NCBI GenBank assembly: GCA_018334555.1
Contig: JAGXLR010000001.1
Location: 269 to 64,268, forward strand
DNA length: 64,000 nt
Source: Desulfobacterales bacterium
GTDB taxonomy: Bacteria > Desulfobacterota > Desulfobacteria > Desulfobacterales > Desulfosalsimonadaceae
Direction of reading: 5' to 3'
Made by a program: the position numbers and the translations under genes. The notes beneath the pieces are model-generated. The model ran no database searches. It saw only the letters and a program-made list of their open reading frames with translations, and had not been told where the DNA came from. Shown piece after piece: positions 46,679 to 56,825 of the stretch. Within the stretch, counting starts at the first letter, position 1; every line of letters starts with the position of its first letter.

Positions 46679-47839
46679 CTAATGGGCCTTCTTTTCCGAG
46701 AGCATCCGAAGGGCAATCTCGGCCGTTCTTTCGGCGGCGCCGGGCGACCCCAGCCGCTTGCGAACCGATACCAGTTTCTGCCGGATGCTTTCCAGCCGTT
46801 CGGGGTTGTTTAAAATTTCCACAGCCTCACGGGCGATGTTCGCCGGCGTGGCCTCGGACTGGATCAACTCCGGCACGACGCGCTCGTTGGCGATGATATT
46901 GACAAGCCCGATATGCTCCACGTTCACCAGCGCCTCCCCCAATCGATAGCTGATGCCGGAGATCCGGTACATAATGACCATGGGAACGCCGAATATAGCG
47001 GTTTCCAAAGTCACCGTGCCGGATGCGGCCAAAACGAGTGCACTTTTTTTGAATACCTGACGGACGTCGCCGGCGACCCGATCGATCCGACAGACCTTAA
47101 TGTAGGGCATGATAAATTGGTCCACCCGTTCCTGATCAATTCCCGGTGCGATGGAGATCAAAAACCGGACATCGGGAAAAACCGCCTGAATGCGGGTCGC
47201 TGCCGCCAGCATCACGGGAAGATTTTTTTCGATTTCGCTGTACCGTGAGCCCGGTAGTATACCGATGATTAAAGAGTTAGCGGAGGTATCCTCGTTCACG
47301 ACCTCCTGCTCCTCGTAATAATCCAGCAATGGGTGGCCCACAAAGGTCGCCGGTATATTATGGTTTTGATAGTAATCCTCCTCAAAAGGCAGGATCACGG
47401 CCATTTGATCCACATACTGCCTGATTTTTTCGATGCGCCCGGAGCGCCATGCCCAGATCTGCGGGCTGATATAGTACAATACCGGTACGCCCTGATTTTT
47501 GGCGAGCTTTGCGATATGCAGGTTAAAATCCGGGAAATCGATAAGGATGATCAAATCCGGACGCAGCCCGTTGAATATTTTTTTGATTGCCGATATACCG
47601 CTTAAAACTTTCGGTATTTTGGATATGACTTCGGTAATACCCACCACGGACAGCTCGTGGGAATCCATCAACAACCTGACGCCTGCGGCTTTCAGCCGCT
47701 CTCCCCCGATGCCGCAGAAAAACATGTGCTCGTCTTTTTTCCGCATGGCGCGGACCAGATGCGCGCCATGGAAGTCACCGGATGTTTCCCCCGCAATAAT
47801 GGCGATACATTTCGGCGTTTCAGCCCCGATCATGGCCAT
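46679..47839 (-). CDS. lpxB: Lipid-A-disaccharide synthase
   Basis: 386 aa with the N-terminal IAGETSGD motif and LpxB-typical length. Confidence 0.9.
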   Translation of the reverse strand: MAMIGAETPKCIAIIAGETSGDFHGAHLVRAMRKKDEHMFFCGIGGERLKAAGVRLLMDSHELSVVGITEVISKIPKVLSGISAIKKIFNGLRPDLIILIDFPDFNLHIAKLAKNQGVPVLYYISPQIWAWRSGRIEKIRQYVDQMAVILPFEEDYYQNHNIPATFVGHPLLDYYEEQEVVNEDTSANSLIIGILPGSRYSEIEKNLPVMLAAATRIQAVFPDVRFLISIAPGIDQERVDQFIMPYIKVCRIDRVAGDVRQVFKKSALVLAASGTVTLETAIFGVPMVIMYRISGISYRLGEALVNVEHIGLVNIIANERVVPELIQSEATPANIAREAVEILNNPERLESIRQKLVSVRKRLGSPGAAERTAEIALRMLSEKKAH

Positions 47840-48814
47840 CTATCCCATAAACCATCGACTCGATTCCCTGATCTGACGGGTAATGCTCAACGCAATATTT
47901 AGGGCCTCCCGTCCCATTTGGCCGGAGACCTCCGGTTGGCCCCGCCTATCGACGGCATCTAAGAACGAGCGGATTTCATCTTTCAATGCATCCCCCTGCT
48001 CAAAACTGCGCTCCTCCATCTGCATTCCGGGGACTACGGAGCCCCCATCCTCCTCGCCGGGCCAGATATGGATAATCGAGCGATTGGCAAAATCCAAGGA
48101 TAAGTATCCGTCTTTTTGAAACAGCCGGATCTTACGTTCGTTTTTACTCGAGATCCGACTGGCCGTAGCATTGGCCACAGCCCCATTTTCAAATTCCAGA
48201 TGGGCGTTGGCGATATCCACATGCCCGGATACCACAGGCGCCCCCATGGCATGGGAATAGGAAATTTTGGATCTAACAAAATTTAATATAATATCAATAT
48301 CATGTATCATCAAATCCAGGACAACGCTGACATCCGTCCCGCGCTCATGATACAGGCTCAACCGGTTTGATTCAATAAACATTGGATTTTTAATGATATC
48401 CTTAACCGCCAGGACCGCCGGATTGAATCGTTCCAAATGCCCGACTTGCAGTATAAGCCCCCGTTCTTCCGCAATATCAATCAGTTCGTCCGCCTCGTCG
48501 ATGGTCGTCGTGATCGGCTTTTCAATTAAAACGTCAACGCCGTTTTCAAGAAATGCCTTGGCGATTTGATAGTGTTCGGGCGTGGTAACGGCAATACTTA
48601 CCGCATCCACACGACCGAAAAGCTCGCGATAATCCGTAAAGGCCCGCGTGTTATTTTTCTTCGCCACCTGGGCGGCCTGCTCCCTTTCGATGTCGACGAC
48701 GCCGATTAACTCCGCACAATCCGCATCGGCATATTTCTCCGCATGAAATTTACCCAAATAACCGACGCCCACCACACCGGCACGAATTTTTCCCATTGGA
48801 CAGTCCTTTGACAA
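47840..48814 (-). CDS. Gfo/Idh/MocA-family NAD-dependent oxidoreductase embedded in the lpx cluster (possible GnnA-like UDP-GlcNAc 3-oxidase)
   Basis: 324 aa with an N-terminal Rossmann motif (GVVGVGYLG) and the EKP motif (LIEKPI). It lies directly between lpxI and lpxB with no gap to the lpxB start. Confidence 0.75.
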   Translation of the reverse strand: MSKDCPMGKIRAGVVGVGYLGKFHAEKYADADCAELIGVVDIEREQAAQVAKKNNTRAFTDYRELFGRVDAVSIAVTTPEHYQIAKAFLENGVDVLIEKPITTTIDEADELIDIAEERGLILQVGHLERFNPAVLAVKDIIKNPMFIESNRLSLYHERGTDVSVVLDLMIHDIDIILNFVRSKISYSHAMGAPVVSGHVDIANAHLEFENGAVANATASRISSKNERKIRLFQKDGYLSLDFANRSIIHIWPGEEDGGSVVPGMQMEERSFEQGDALKDEIRSFLDAVDRRGQPEVSGQMGREALNIALSITRQIRESSRWFMG

Positions 48815-48843
48815 CCTATATCAATAACATAAAAGGCGTGCGC

Positions 48844-49665
48844 CTAATCGTCGGCACGATTCAGCGCAACAATTGAAATTTTATATCGATCCGCGAGATC
48901 GATCATTTCGGCCTGATCAAAAACCAGGGATTTTCCCGCTTCGATAACAAGCACCGAAGCCCCGGCCGCATGCATGGTCTTGATGGTTTCCGAACCGACC
49001 GTCGGTACATCAAACCGGAAATCCTGAATTGGTTTGCAGACTTTTACGACCACCGCCTTCCCGTTTGTCAACCGGCCGCCGCGACGGATGGTGCTGTCCG
49101 TGCCGTCAATGGCCTCTACCGCCAATACCGATCCATTAGAGACAACGACGCACTGGCCGATATCGAGTTTACCGATGGCTTTGGCCATTTTCCAGCCCAA
49201 CTCGATATCAGGCTGTTCATCCTTTCTGGGGGCCCGCTTCGTCCAGCAGCCTTTTCTGGCCAGCAATTCGGGAAGCAAAAAAGTCGACGGCCGAATATAG
49301 ATCCCCTCTTCTTCCAAACCCTTGGCAAAGGCCCGAAGCAGCCGATCATCATGGGTATTTTGCCGCGTTCCGGTATATAGGGATATGGCCTTGATATCGG
49401 GGCGGACCTCGGCGATCGATCCCGGCTTTTTGATCGCCCCGATCATCACCGCGTCCGTTATCTGATGGCGTTTAAAAAATTTGATCAGCCGTTTGATCTG
49501 TCCGATATGTATCGTCTCTACCGCCTCAACGGTATCAGCCAGCGCCGGATCGGTCTCATTGACATATCCAACCGCATAGACCCGATACCCTTTTTCTTTC
49601 GCCTTCTGCGAAAAGATCAGCGGAAAAGGCCCGCTTCCGGCAATCAAACCGATACGTCGCGTCAT
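48844..49665 (-). CDS. lpxI: UDP-2,3-diacylglucosamine hydrolase LpxI (DUF1009)
   Basis: 273 aa with IGLIAGSGPFP at the N-terminus and DIGQCVVV in the C-terminal domain. Position after lpxA. Confidence 0.8.
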   Translation of the reverse strand: MTRRIGLIAGSGPFPLIFSQKAKEKGYRVYAVGYVNETDPALADTVEAVETIHIGQIKRLIKFFKRHQITDAVMIGAIKKPGSIAEVRPDIKAISLYTGTRQNTHDDRLLRAFAKGLEEEGIYIRPSTFLLPELLARKGCWTKRAPRKDEQPDIELGWKMAKAIGKLDIGQCVVVSNGSVLAVEAIDGTDSTIRRGGRLTNGKAVVVKVCKPIQDFRFDVPTVGSETIKTMHAAGASVLVIEAGKSLVFDQAEMIDLADRYKISIVALNRADD

Positions 49666-49674
49666 TTTTTACAG

Positions 49675-50445
49675 CTACCTTGTAATCCCCCGCTCGGTGG
49701 ATTTGATAAAATTAACCAGATTCAAGACTTCAGGGGTGTTTTCAACTTCCGCGACGACCCTTTCCAACGCCTCGTTGACCGTAAGACCGATCCGGAAAAT
49801 GATTCGGTATGCCTTCTTTAGGCTAGACAGCGTATTTTCGGAGAACCCATAGCGTTTGAGCCCGACTTTATTCAGCCCATGAAGTGTGGCGCGGTCACCG
49901 GCGGCGATCACATACGGCGGGATATCCTTGACGACTGCGGATTTGCCGCCGATATAGCCGTAGTCCCCGATACGAACAAACTGATGGATCGCTACCAGCC
50001 CGCCGACGATTACATAATCGCCGATTGTGATATGGCCGGCAAGGGTGGCATTGTTGGCAAGTATGACGCCTCTGCCGGTTTTACAGTCATGGGCGATATG
50101 GGTATAGGCCATTAGAAAATTATCCTCGCCGACTTCGGTGATCCCGCCGCCGAATTCGGTCCCCCGATTCAACGTCGCAAATTCCCGGATAATGGTGTTT
50201 CGGCCAATCTTGAGGTAGGTTTCTTCCCCCTTGAACTTGACTGCCTGTGGCACCGCCCCGATAGATGCATATTGAAAAATTTGGCAGCCCGGACCCATTT
50301 CAACATAAGGATCGATGGTCACATGGGGTCCGATAACACAGTTTGCACTGATGGATACATTATCCCGGATGATGGCATAAGGCCCAACCTCTACGGTTTC
50401 ATCGATTTCAGCCCCTGGATCCACAATCGCCGTTGGATGTATCAT
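49675..50445 (-). CDS. lpxA: Acyl-ACP--UDP-N-acetylglucosamine O-acyltransferase
   Basis: 256 aa with MIHPTAIVDP and hexapeptide repeats throughout. Confidence 0.9.
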   Translation of the reverse strand: MIHPTAIVDPGAEIDETVEVGPYAIIRDNVSISANCVIGPHVTIDPYVEMGPGCQIFQYASIGAVPQAVKFKGEETYLKIGRNTIIREFATLNRGTEFGGGITEVGEDNFLMAYTHIAHDCKTGRGVILANNATLAGHITIGDYVIVGGLVAIHQFVRIGDYGYIGGKSAVVKDIPPYVIAAGDRATLHGLNKVGLKRYGFSENTLSSLKKAYRIIFRIGLTVNEALERVVAEVENTPEVLNLVNFIKSTERGITR

Positions 50446-50885
50446 TGATCGCCTCCGATTAACGCCATAAGTTTCGCCTGGGCAACCCGATGTTTGCCGA
50501 CAAAGGCATTGCCGGACATTTTAATAACGCCTGGCCGCCGCTTCCTGATTTCGACCCTGAGTATCAACTGATCCCCCGGTAATACCGGCTTTCTGAACCT
50601 TGCCCCATCAATGCCGGCAAAGCATACCTGGTTCTTGTCCACTTCGGGCAAGGTTTCGTATAAAAGCAACGCACCGCTTTGCACCATCCCTTCTATAATC
50701 AAAACGCCGGGCATAATCGGCCTATCCGGGAAATGGCCCTGAAAAAAAGGCTCATTGATGGACACATTTTTCAACGCAGTAATTTTTTCATCCGGCACCA
50801 CCTCAAGCACCCGGTCAACAAATATGAAGGGGTATCGGTGCGGAAGCACCGAAAGTATTTTCTGGGTATCATAGGCCGTCGTCAT
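50442..50885 (-). CDS. fabZ: 3-hydroxyacyl-ACP dehydratase
   Basis: 147 aa with LPHRYPF and FFQGHFP...PGVL motifs. Confidence 0.9.
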   Translation of the reverse strand: MTTAYDTQKILSVLPHRYPFIFVDRVLEVVPDEKITALKNVSINEPFFQGHFPDRPIMPGVLIIEGMVQSGALLLYETLPEVDKNQVCFAGIDGARFRKPVLPGDQLILRVEIRKRRPGVIKMSGNAFVGKHRVAQAKLMALIGGDQ

Positions 50886-50911
50886 CGTCTGAAAACCTGA
50901 AATCGACTGAT

Positions 50912-51991
50912 TTAACCATTTTTGGCTTCCCCGTTGCCGGTCATTTTTTTTACCATGGCCTCCAGTTTATCCACCCGTTTCTTTATCTCCGGCAACCGCG
51001 CTATAATCCGGTTCACCTTAAGCCATTGCCGATGCGGCATTTCCGGAGTACCCGAGACGACTTCTCCCTGGGCCACGGAGCGCGACACCCCCGCCTGGGG
51101 GCCGACGGTTGCAGCGTCGCCGATGTTAATATGCCCGGAAATGCCCGCCTGCCCGGCAAGCGTCACATTCCTGCCGATGCTGGTGCTGCCGGCGATGCCC
51201 ACCTGGGCGACGATTAGGGAGTTTTCCCCGATCGTGACATTATGACCGATATGCACCTGGTTGTCGGTTTTCACCCCCTGACGAATCCATGTCCTGCCAA
51301 AGGTTGCCCGATCGATGGTATTGCAGGCCCCGATCTCGACATCATCTTCAATTTGCACGATCCCCACCTGAGGGATTTTAAAATGCGTATCGCCGTCCGG
51401 TACAAACCCATAGCCGTCGCTGCCTATCACCGTGCCGGAATGGATAATTACCCGAGAGCCCACATAACAGTCAGCCAGAATGGTTACATTCGGATAGACC
51501 TCAGAGTCATCCCCAATTTTGACATTGTCGCCAACCACGACGCCGGGATAGAGACACACCCGATCCCCGAGGACGACGTTATCCCCAATTACAACAGAGG
51601 GGCCGATCGACACATCCCGGCCAGCGCGGAGATCCGCCCCGATAGACGCTTTCCGGCTGATGCCGGCATCTGGCGGGGATTTTGGGTAAAAATACCGCAG
51701 GGCCCGGGCAAATGTCAGACGGGGTGAGCTGGAGTATACCAGGTTTACCGAAACAGAGGAAGTGAAACTGCATGGGACAATGACGGCCCCGGCATGGATC
51801 CCTTCCAGTTGTTTGAGGGCTTTTGCACTATCGGCAAATGTAATGTCATTTTTGCCCGCCGTATCAATAGGTGCGATGCCGCAGATAGGCTTGTTGGCAT
51901 CCCCGGCGATATCGCCCCCGATGATATCGACCAGCTCGGCAAGCGTTACCTCATTATCAGTTTTCTGAATAGCTTTCATTGTATCTTTCAA
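50912..51991 (-). CDS. lpxD: UDP-3-O-(3-hydroxyacyl)glucosamine N-acyltransferase
   Basis: 359 aa with a hexapeptide-repeat body and an LpxD-type N-terminal domain. Confidence 0.9.
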   Translation of the reverse strand: MKDTMKAIQKTDNEVTLAELVDIIGGDIAGDANKPICGIAPIDTAGKNDITFADSAKALKQLEGIHAGAVIVPCSFTSSVSVNLVYSSSPRLTFARALRYFYPKSPPDAGISRKASIGADLRAGRDVSIGPSVVIGDNVVLGDRVCLYPGVVVGDNVKIGDDSEVYPNVTILADCYVGSRVIIHSGTVIGSDGYGFVPDGDTHFKIPQVGIVQIEDDVEIGACNTIDRATFGRTWIRQGVKTDNQVHIGHNVTIGENSLIVAQVGIAGSTSIGRNVTLAGQAGISGHINIGDAATVGPQAGVSRSVAQGEVVSGTPEMPHRQWLKVNRIIARLPEIKKRVDKLEAMVKKMTGNGEAKNG

Positions 51992-52481
51992 TCAACCGAT
52001 CCGTTATGTCAATGGAACTGGGGTAATAAATGGCCGCACTTTTTTCGATAATCAGCAGGTATCCTTCTTTCTTGCCGATTTTTTCAGCCAGCGAGAAGAC
52101 CTCGGTTTGAAGTTTTTCAAGCAGCTTGTTCTCTAACTCACGCAGCTGGGACTGGTATTGTTTCTGCTTGGACTGGAAATCATATTTTTTAATATCCAGC
52201 TCCCGCTGCTTCTCTTCCCTTTTTTTTCGGCTCATCACCATGGTTTCCTGGTTTAGCTTTTCGCGCAGCGTTTCAATTTCATTGCCGAGTTCCCGGATAT
52301 CGGTCTCCATCTCGCGGCCCTTTTTCTGCAGCTGGGCCTGAATGTCTTTGCCCGCCTCGGATTCGGTCAAAATCCGCTGAAAATCCACAACGCCGATCTT
52401 TGCGATATCCGCTGCGAATGCCGGGCAGGCAAACATTGCCATTGTTGCCATACATGCCAAAACGCAAACAGTCGCTCGCAT
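51957..52481 (-). CDS. OmpH/Skp-family periplasmic chaperone
   Basis: 174 aa with a signal peptide and a Lys/Glu/Gln-rich coiled-coil body. Position between bamA and lpxD. Confidence 0.8.
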   Translation of the reverse strand: MRATVCVLACMATMAMFACPAFAADIAKIGVVDFQRILTESEAGKDIQAQLQKKGREMETDIRELGNEIETLREKLNQETMVMSRKKREEKQRELDIKKYDFQSKQKQYQSQLRELENKLLEKLQTEVFSLAEKIGKKEGYLLIIEKSAAIYYPSSIDITDRLIERYNESYSEN

Positions 52482-52563
52482 AACATAACCCCCTTCTATA
52501 ATTCATTAAAGCTAATTGGGCTCTAGGTTTTTTGGTTTTGGGTGTACTGACGGCGCCTCCACA

Positions 52564-54795
52564 TTAAAAACTGCCGCCAATAGAGAATTCCCATCGTCCG
52601 CTGTCCTCGTCCTCCTGTTGATCGATAATATTTCCGCGTTCCAGACGCAGCGGTCCCATCGGAGAGTACCAGCGGATGCCATAGCCCCAGCTCTCCCGCA
52701 GATTATCCAGTTCAATGGGACCGTCATCATAGGCATTGCCCGTATCATAGAAAACAAGGCCTATCAGGCCCTGATCTGGCAATAAAGGGATAATATACTC
52801 AATATTGAACTGAATATATTTCTCGCCGCCGATCTCGATGCCCGCCTCATTCTCAGGGCTGACATCCCGCCAGTCGAATCCGCGCAGGGAGTTGATCCCG
52901 CCCAGATAAAAACGTTCATAGTCCGGCAATATTTTTCCTGAATTTTCAGTAATATAACCAATCTCCCCGTGCAGAAATCCGACGGTTTTCCAGAACAGGG
53001 GAAAATACCACCCGGTTTCAGCCGTCACCTTCGTAAACCCGATATCACCGCCTAGACCCGTATATTCGAGGGTCAACCGATGTTTGGAGCCCTCGGTAGG
53101 GTTGAATCTCCGGTTTCTGGAATCATAGACAAGGCTCGTCGAAACCCCGCTTTCCACATAGTCGCCTTCGGCAATAATGGACTTGTAGGCCGCATCGACA
53201 TCCTCAATACTACTCACATCATAGGCGTACTGGATATATGCCCGGGTATAGTCGAAAATTTCATATCCGAACCGGAGTGCGCCGCCCGTGCTGTCCCGAT
53301 CATACTCATCATAATCGCGCTCCCACTTGTTAGCCTCAACCGTCATGGATAGCGGAATATCAAACAGCCAGGGCTCTGTGAAGCTGATATCATACTGTTG
53401 GTTCTCGCCGATCTGAAGCCTGAGGTCAAGCCTCTGCCCCCGGCCAAACAGGTTCGCCTCAGTAATGGAGGCCATCATATACATATTGTCGATCGCGCTG
53501 TATCCCCCGCCGAAGCTGAAGGTTCCGGTTGGCTTTTCCTCGACTTCGATATTGAGCACCATCTGATCCTCGGCGCTGCCGGTATTGCGCCTGACCTTGA
53601 CATCCTTGAAGTAATCCAGCCGGTATAGATCCCGGATGCTCTTTTTAAGCCGGGATCCGCTGTATTTTTCCCTCTCATACACTTCGAGCTCCCGGCGTAT
53701 CACTTTATCCCGCGTCTTTGTATTGCCTTCGATGATGATTTTTTCAAAATAAACCGGCTTATTTTTTTTGATATGGAATACGATATCAATCGCCCTGGCC
53801 CCTTCTTCCGGTTTTCGTATCTCCGGAGCGATGTCGGCCCTTGCATAGCCCTCATCCGCATACAGATTCGAAAGGGTCATCACATCCTGCCGGATGGCCT
53901 TGCGGTTAAAATACGTCTCTTCAGGGGTGGCAAGCTTTTCATGCATCTTTTTCTCGGATCGGATAAGATCCCCGGCCAGGGAGACCTCCCCCATTTTAAA
54001 CCGTTCGCCCTCTTCGATTTTTATTGTGATATAGATCCAGTTCTCCCTGTATGTAATTTCAGGGTCGGCAATACGGGCCTCGGCATACCCATTATTATGA
54101 TAAAAATCCGAAAGCTTGATAATATCCTGGCTCAGGGTTTCCGAATCCAGTTCACCCGAACCCGTCAACCAGGAAAAGAACCCTTTTTCGGATGTTTCGA
54201 TCTGCTTCTTGAGCTTCTTGTCATCAAATGCCTTATTGCCCGCCAATCGAATCTCCCGGATCCGGAGCTTTTTGCCCTCCTCGATTTGGAATTCCAGGTT
54301 GGCCTGATTGTGCGCCAACTCTTCGACCGTATAGGTGACCCGGACATTATGATAGTTTTTCTCCTTGTACAGGGTCTCGATCTGTTTAATATTTCGCTTG
54401 ATTCGAAAAATATTGAGGATGGAGCCGGTTGTAATATCGATGTTTTCTTTGATTTTCGAATCCTCATATATCTGGTTGCCCGATATTTCGATCTGCCGAA
54501 TGGTCGGTTTCTCCTTAACCTTGAAAATAACAATTTTGCCATCCGGCTGGGTCTCTGTTTCCACCCGGATATCGTCGAAATACCCCATGGAAAAGATGGC
54601 CTCCAAATCCCGGGAAAGCTGCTTTTCATCATACGAATCGCCGGGCCGGGTCTCAACCACCCTCAGGATCGCATCGTCCTCGATCCTCTGATTGCCTTTT
54701 ACCTGCACATCCTTAACCGTTACGGCCGAAGCGATACCGTTTATCGAGACCAGACAGACGAGAAATGCCAGAGACCAAACAAGCTGTTTTTGCAT
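52564..54795 (-). CDS. bamA: Outer membrane protein assembly factor BamA
   Basis: 743 aa with a signal peptide, POTRA-like repeats (VKGNQRIEDD...) and a C-terminal beta-barrel ending in an aromatic residue (SIGGSF). Confidence 0.9.
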   Translation of the reverse strand: MQKQLVWSLAFLVCLVSINGIASAVTVKDVQVKGNQRIEDDAILRVVETRPGDSYDEKQLSRDLEAIFSMGYFDDIRVETETQPDGKIVIFKVKEKPTIRQIEISGNQIYEDSKIKENIDITTGSILNIFRIKRNIKQIETLYKEKNYHNVRVTYTVEELAHNQANLEFQIEEGKKLRIREIRLAGNKAFDDKKLKKQIETSEKGFFSWLTGSGELDSETLSQDIIKLSDFYHNNGYAEARIADPEITYRENWIYITIKIEEGERFKMGEVSLAGDLIRSEKKMHEKLATPEETYFNRKAIRQDVMTLSNLYADEGYARADIAPEIRKPEEGARAIDIVFHIKKNKPVYFEKIIIEGNTKTRDKVIRRELEVYEREKYSGSRLKKSIRDLYRLDYFKDVKVRRNTGSAEDQMVLNIEVEEKPTGTFSFGGGYSAIDNMYMMASITEANLFGRGQRLDLRLQIGENQQYDISFTEPWLFDIPLSMTVEANKWERDYDEYDRDSTGGALRFGYEIFDYTRAYIQYAYDVSSIEDVDAAYKSIIAEGDYVESGVSTSLVYDSRNRRFNPTEGSKHRLTLEYTGLGGDIGFTKVTAETGWYFPLFWKTVGFLHGEIGYITENSGKILPDYERFYLGGINSLRGFDWRDVSPENEAGIEIGGEKYIQFNIEYIIPLLPDQGLIGLVFYDTGNAYDDGPIELDNLRESWGYGIRWYSPMGPLRLERGNIIDQQEDEDSGRWEFSIGGSF

Positions 54796-54801
54796 CTCAC
54801 C

Positions 54802-55536
54802 TCACTTTAGATCCACCAGTTTTCCATCAGCGAGAGTCAATTGGCGCCGCATGTAATCCGCCAGATAAAGATTATGGGTAACCACCACGATCGTCATGCC
54901 GAACTCTTTATTCAACTCGAGCAATAGATCATGTATCTGTTTACTGTTTCTTTTGTCAAGATTACCCGTCGGCTCATCGGCCAGCAATAAATCCGGCCTT
55001 AATACAAGCGCGCGGGCCAATGCCACACGCTGCTGCTCACCTCCGGACAACTGAGCCACCCGGTGCTGCAGCCGATGCTTCAAGCCCACCCGTATCAGAA
55101 TGGATTCCGCGGCCGCCTCAACCTCCTTTCGCCCTAACCGTTTGATCAATCCAGGCATCATGACGTTTTCAAGGGCGCTAAACTCCTCCAGCAGATAATG
55201 GAACTGGAACACAAACCCCATGATGCTATTTCTGAAAGCGGCCAGCCGGGCACTGTCAAAAGTGCTCACATCTATGCCGTTATAAATGATCTGCCCCTGA
55301 TCCGGCGGGTCAAGGGTGCCCAAAACATGCAGAAATGTCGATTTCCCGATCCCGGATTCCCCCAGAACCGCAATGGTTTCGCCGGCATGGACGTCAAAGG
55401 ACAGGTCGTTTAGAATCTCTATCACCGTGCCGCTGCTATCAAACCGCTTGGATATCCCCTGCAGCCGGATCAGCGGGGCCCCGGCCTCAGAATCCGTCGT
55501 TTGTCGTTGATGGGACGCCGGATTGTTTTTACCCAT
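54802..55536 (-). CDS. lolD: Lipoprotein-releasing system ATP-binding protein LolD
   Basis: 244 aa with Walker A (GESGIGKST), the signature LSGGEQQR and Walker B (LLLADEPTG). Confidence 0.85.
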   Translation of the reverse strand: MGKNNPASHQRQTTDSEAGAPLIRLQGISKRFDSSGTVIEILNDLSFDVHAGETIAVLGESGIGKSTFLHVLGTLDPPDQGQIIYNGIDVSTFDSARLAAFRNSIMGFVFQFHYLLEEFSALENVMMPGLIKRLGRKEVEAAAESILIRVGLKHRLQHRVAQLSGGEQQRVALARALVLRPDLLLADEPTGNLDKRNSKQIHDLLLELNKEFGMTIVVVTHNLYLADYMRRQLTLADGKLVDLK

Positions 55537-56764
55537 ATCGAAGCGCCTCTACCGGGTTTAGTCGCGATGCCTTATAAGCGGGATAAATCGTTGAAAGGAA
55601 ACAGATGGCCATCGCAGCCGTGACAATGGCCAGCACATCAAACGCCTCGAGCTGTACCGGCAGGGTCGTGAAATAATAAACATCTCCCGGCAATTCGATA
55701 AACTTGTAATGTTTTAAAAGGATACAGCCGCCGATGCCCAAGCCGGTGCCCAACGCGGTTCCGATGGCACCAATGACCGTGCCTTTGAAGACAAAAATTT
55801 TGCGAATACTCCGATGGGTGGCGCCCATGGCCTTTAATATGGCGATATCCCGAGTTTTTCCCATTACCATCATAATCAGGGTGCTCGCAATATTAAATGC
55901 CGCCACCAGAATGATCAGGGTCAAAATGATAAACATGGCTTTTTTTTCAAGCTTCAGGGCGGAAAAAAAATTCCGGTTCATCTGCATCCAATCCGTCGTC
56001 CAGTACGGATATCCCATATCATCGGCGATTTGATCCGCAACCGCGTCAGCCGCATAGATATCGGTTACCCGCAGGCCGATGCCGGTGACAGCATCATCCA
56101 TTTTCAACAAATTCTGCGCGGTCTGAATATGAATATAGGCAAGAGAGGCATCATACTCATAGAAACCGGACTCAAAAACGCCGGTGACCTTAAACCGCTT
56201 CATTGTCGGCATATGGCCGATGGGCGACATCATCCCGCGGGGCGATATCAGGTACACCAAGGCCCCCCTGCTGACGCCGAGCTTGGCGGCAAGCTCCTTG
56301 CCAAGGATGATCCCCGGCACCCGGATTTCGCCATCGATTTCCCGCTGGGGGGTCAGCTTCCGCTCAAGCGTCCTGCGGTCATAGCCTTTTACCGGATTGC
56401 CCTTGGCTTCCGGGTCAAGCCCCCGCAAAACCGCACCCGATAATCCGGAGGCGGATCTTAACATAACCTGCGTATAGACAAAGGGCGCCGCAGATGTCAC
56501 CCGGGAATCCGCCTCGAGATTCCGGATGATCTGCCGATAATTTTCGATGGGGCCATCCTGACATCGGAGCACCACATGCGATTCGACACCCAGGATCTGG
56601 TCCTTGAAATAGGATTCCGCACCGGCCATTACCGCGATAACAATGATCAGCGCCATAACGCCGACCGTCACCCCGGCAACAGAGAGAAAAGTGATAAACG
56701 AAATAAACGCCTGTTTCTGCCTGGATCGAAGGTATCGCCCGCCTATAAAGTATTCAAAGGACAT
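55529..56764 (-). CDS. Lipoprotein-releasing system transmembrane permease (LolC/LolE family)
   Basis: 411 aa with MacB/FtsX-type topology. Overlaps lolD by 8 nt. Confidence 0.85.
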   Translation of the reverse strand: MSFEYFIGGRYLRSRQKQAFISFITFLSVAGVTVGVMALIIVIAVMAGAESYFKDQILGVESHVVLRCQDGPIENYRQIIRNLEADSRVTSAAPFVYTQVMLRSASGLSGAVLRGLDPEAKGNPVKGYDRRTLERKLTPQREIDGEIRVPGIILGKELAAKLGVSRGALVYLISPRGMMSPIGHMPTMKRFKVTGVFESGFYEYDASLAYIHIQTAQNLLKMDDAVTGIGLRVTDIYAADAVADQIADDMGYPYWTTDWMQMNRNFFSALKLEKKAMFIILTLIILVAAFNIASTLIMMVMGKTRDIAILKAMGATHRSIRKIFVFKGTVIGAIGTALGTGLGIGGCILLKHYKFIELPGDVYYFTTLPVQLEAFDVLAIVTAAMAICFLSTIYPAYKASRLNPVEALRYG

Positions 56765-56825
56765 GTATGATTCGCCAGCGTATGTATTTAGCGCCCCGAT
56801 GAAAACCGTCTTTTTCGTTGGGGCG

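Noticed and set aside
53773-54810. 345-aa plus-strand ORF
   Set aside because: It is antisense to bamA and has no recognisable domain or ribosome-binding site. It is a shadow ORF.
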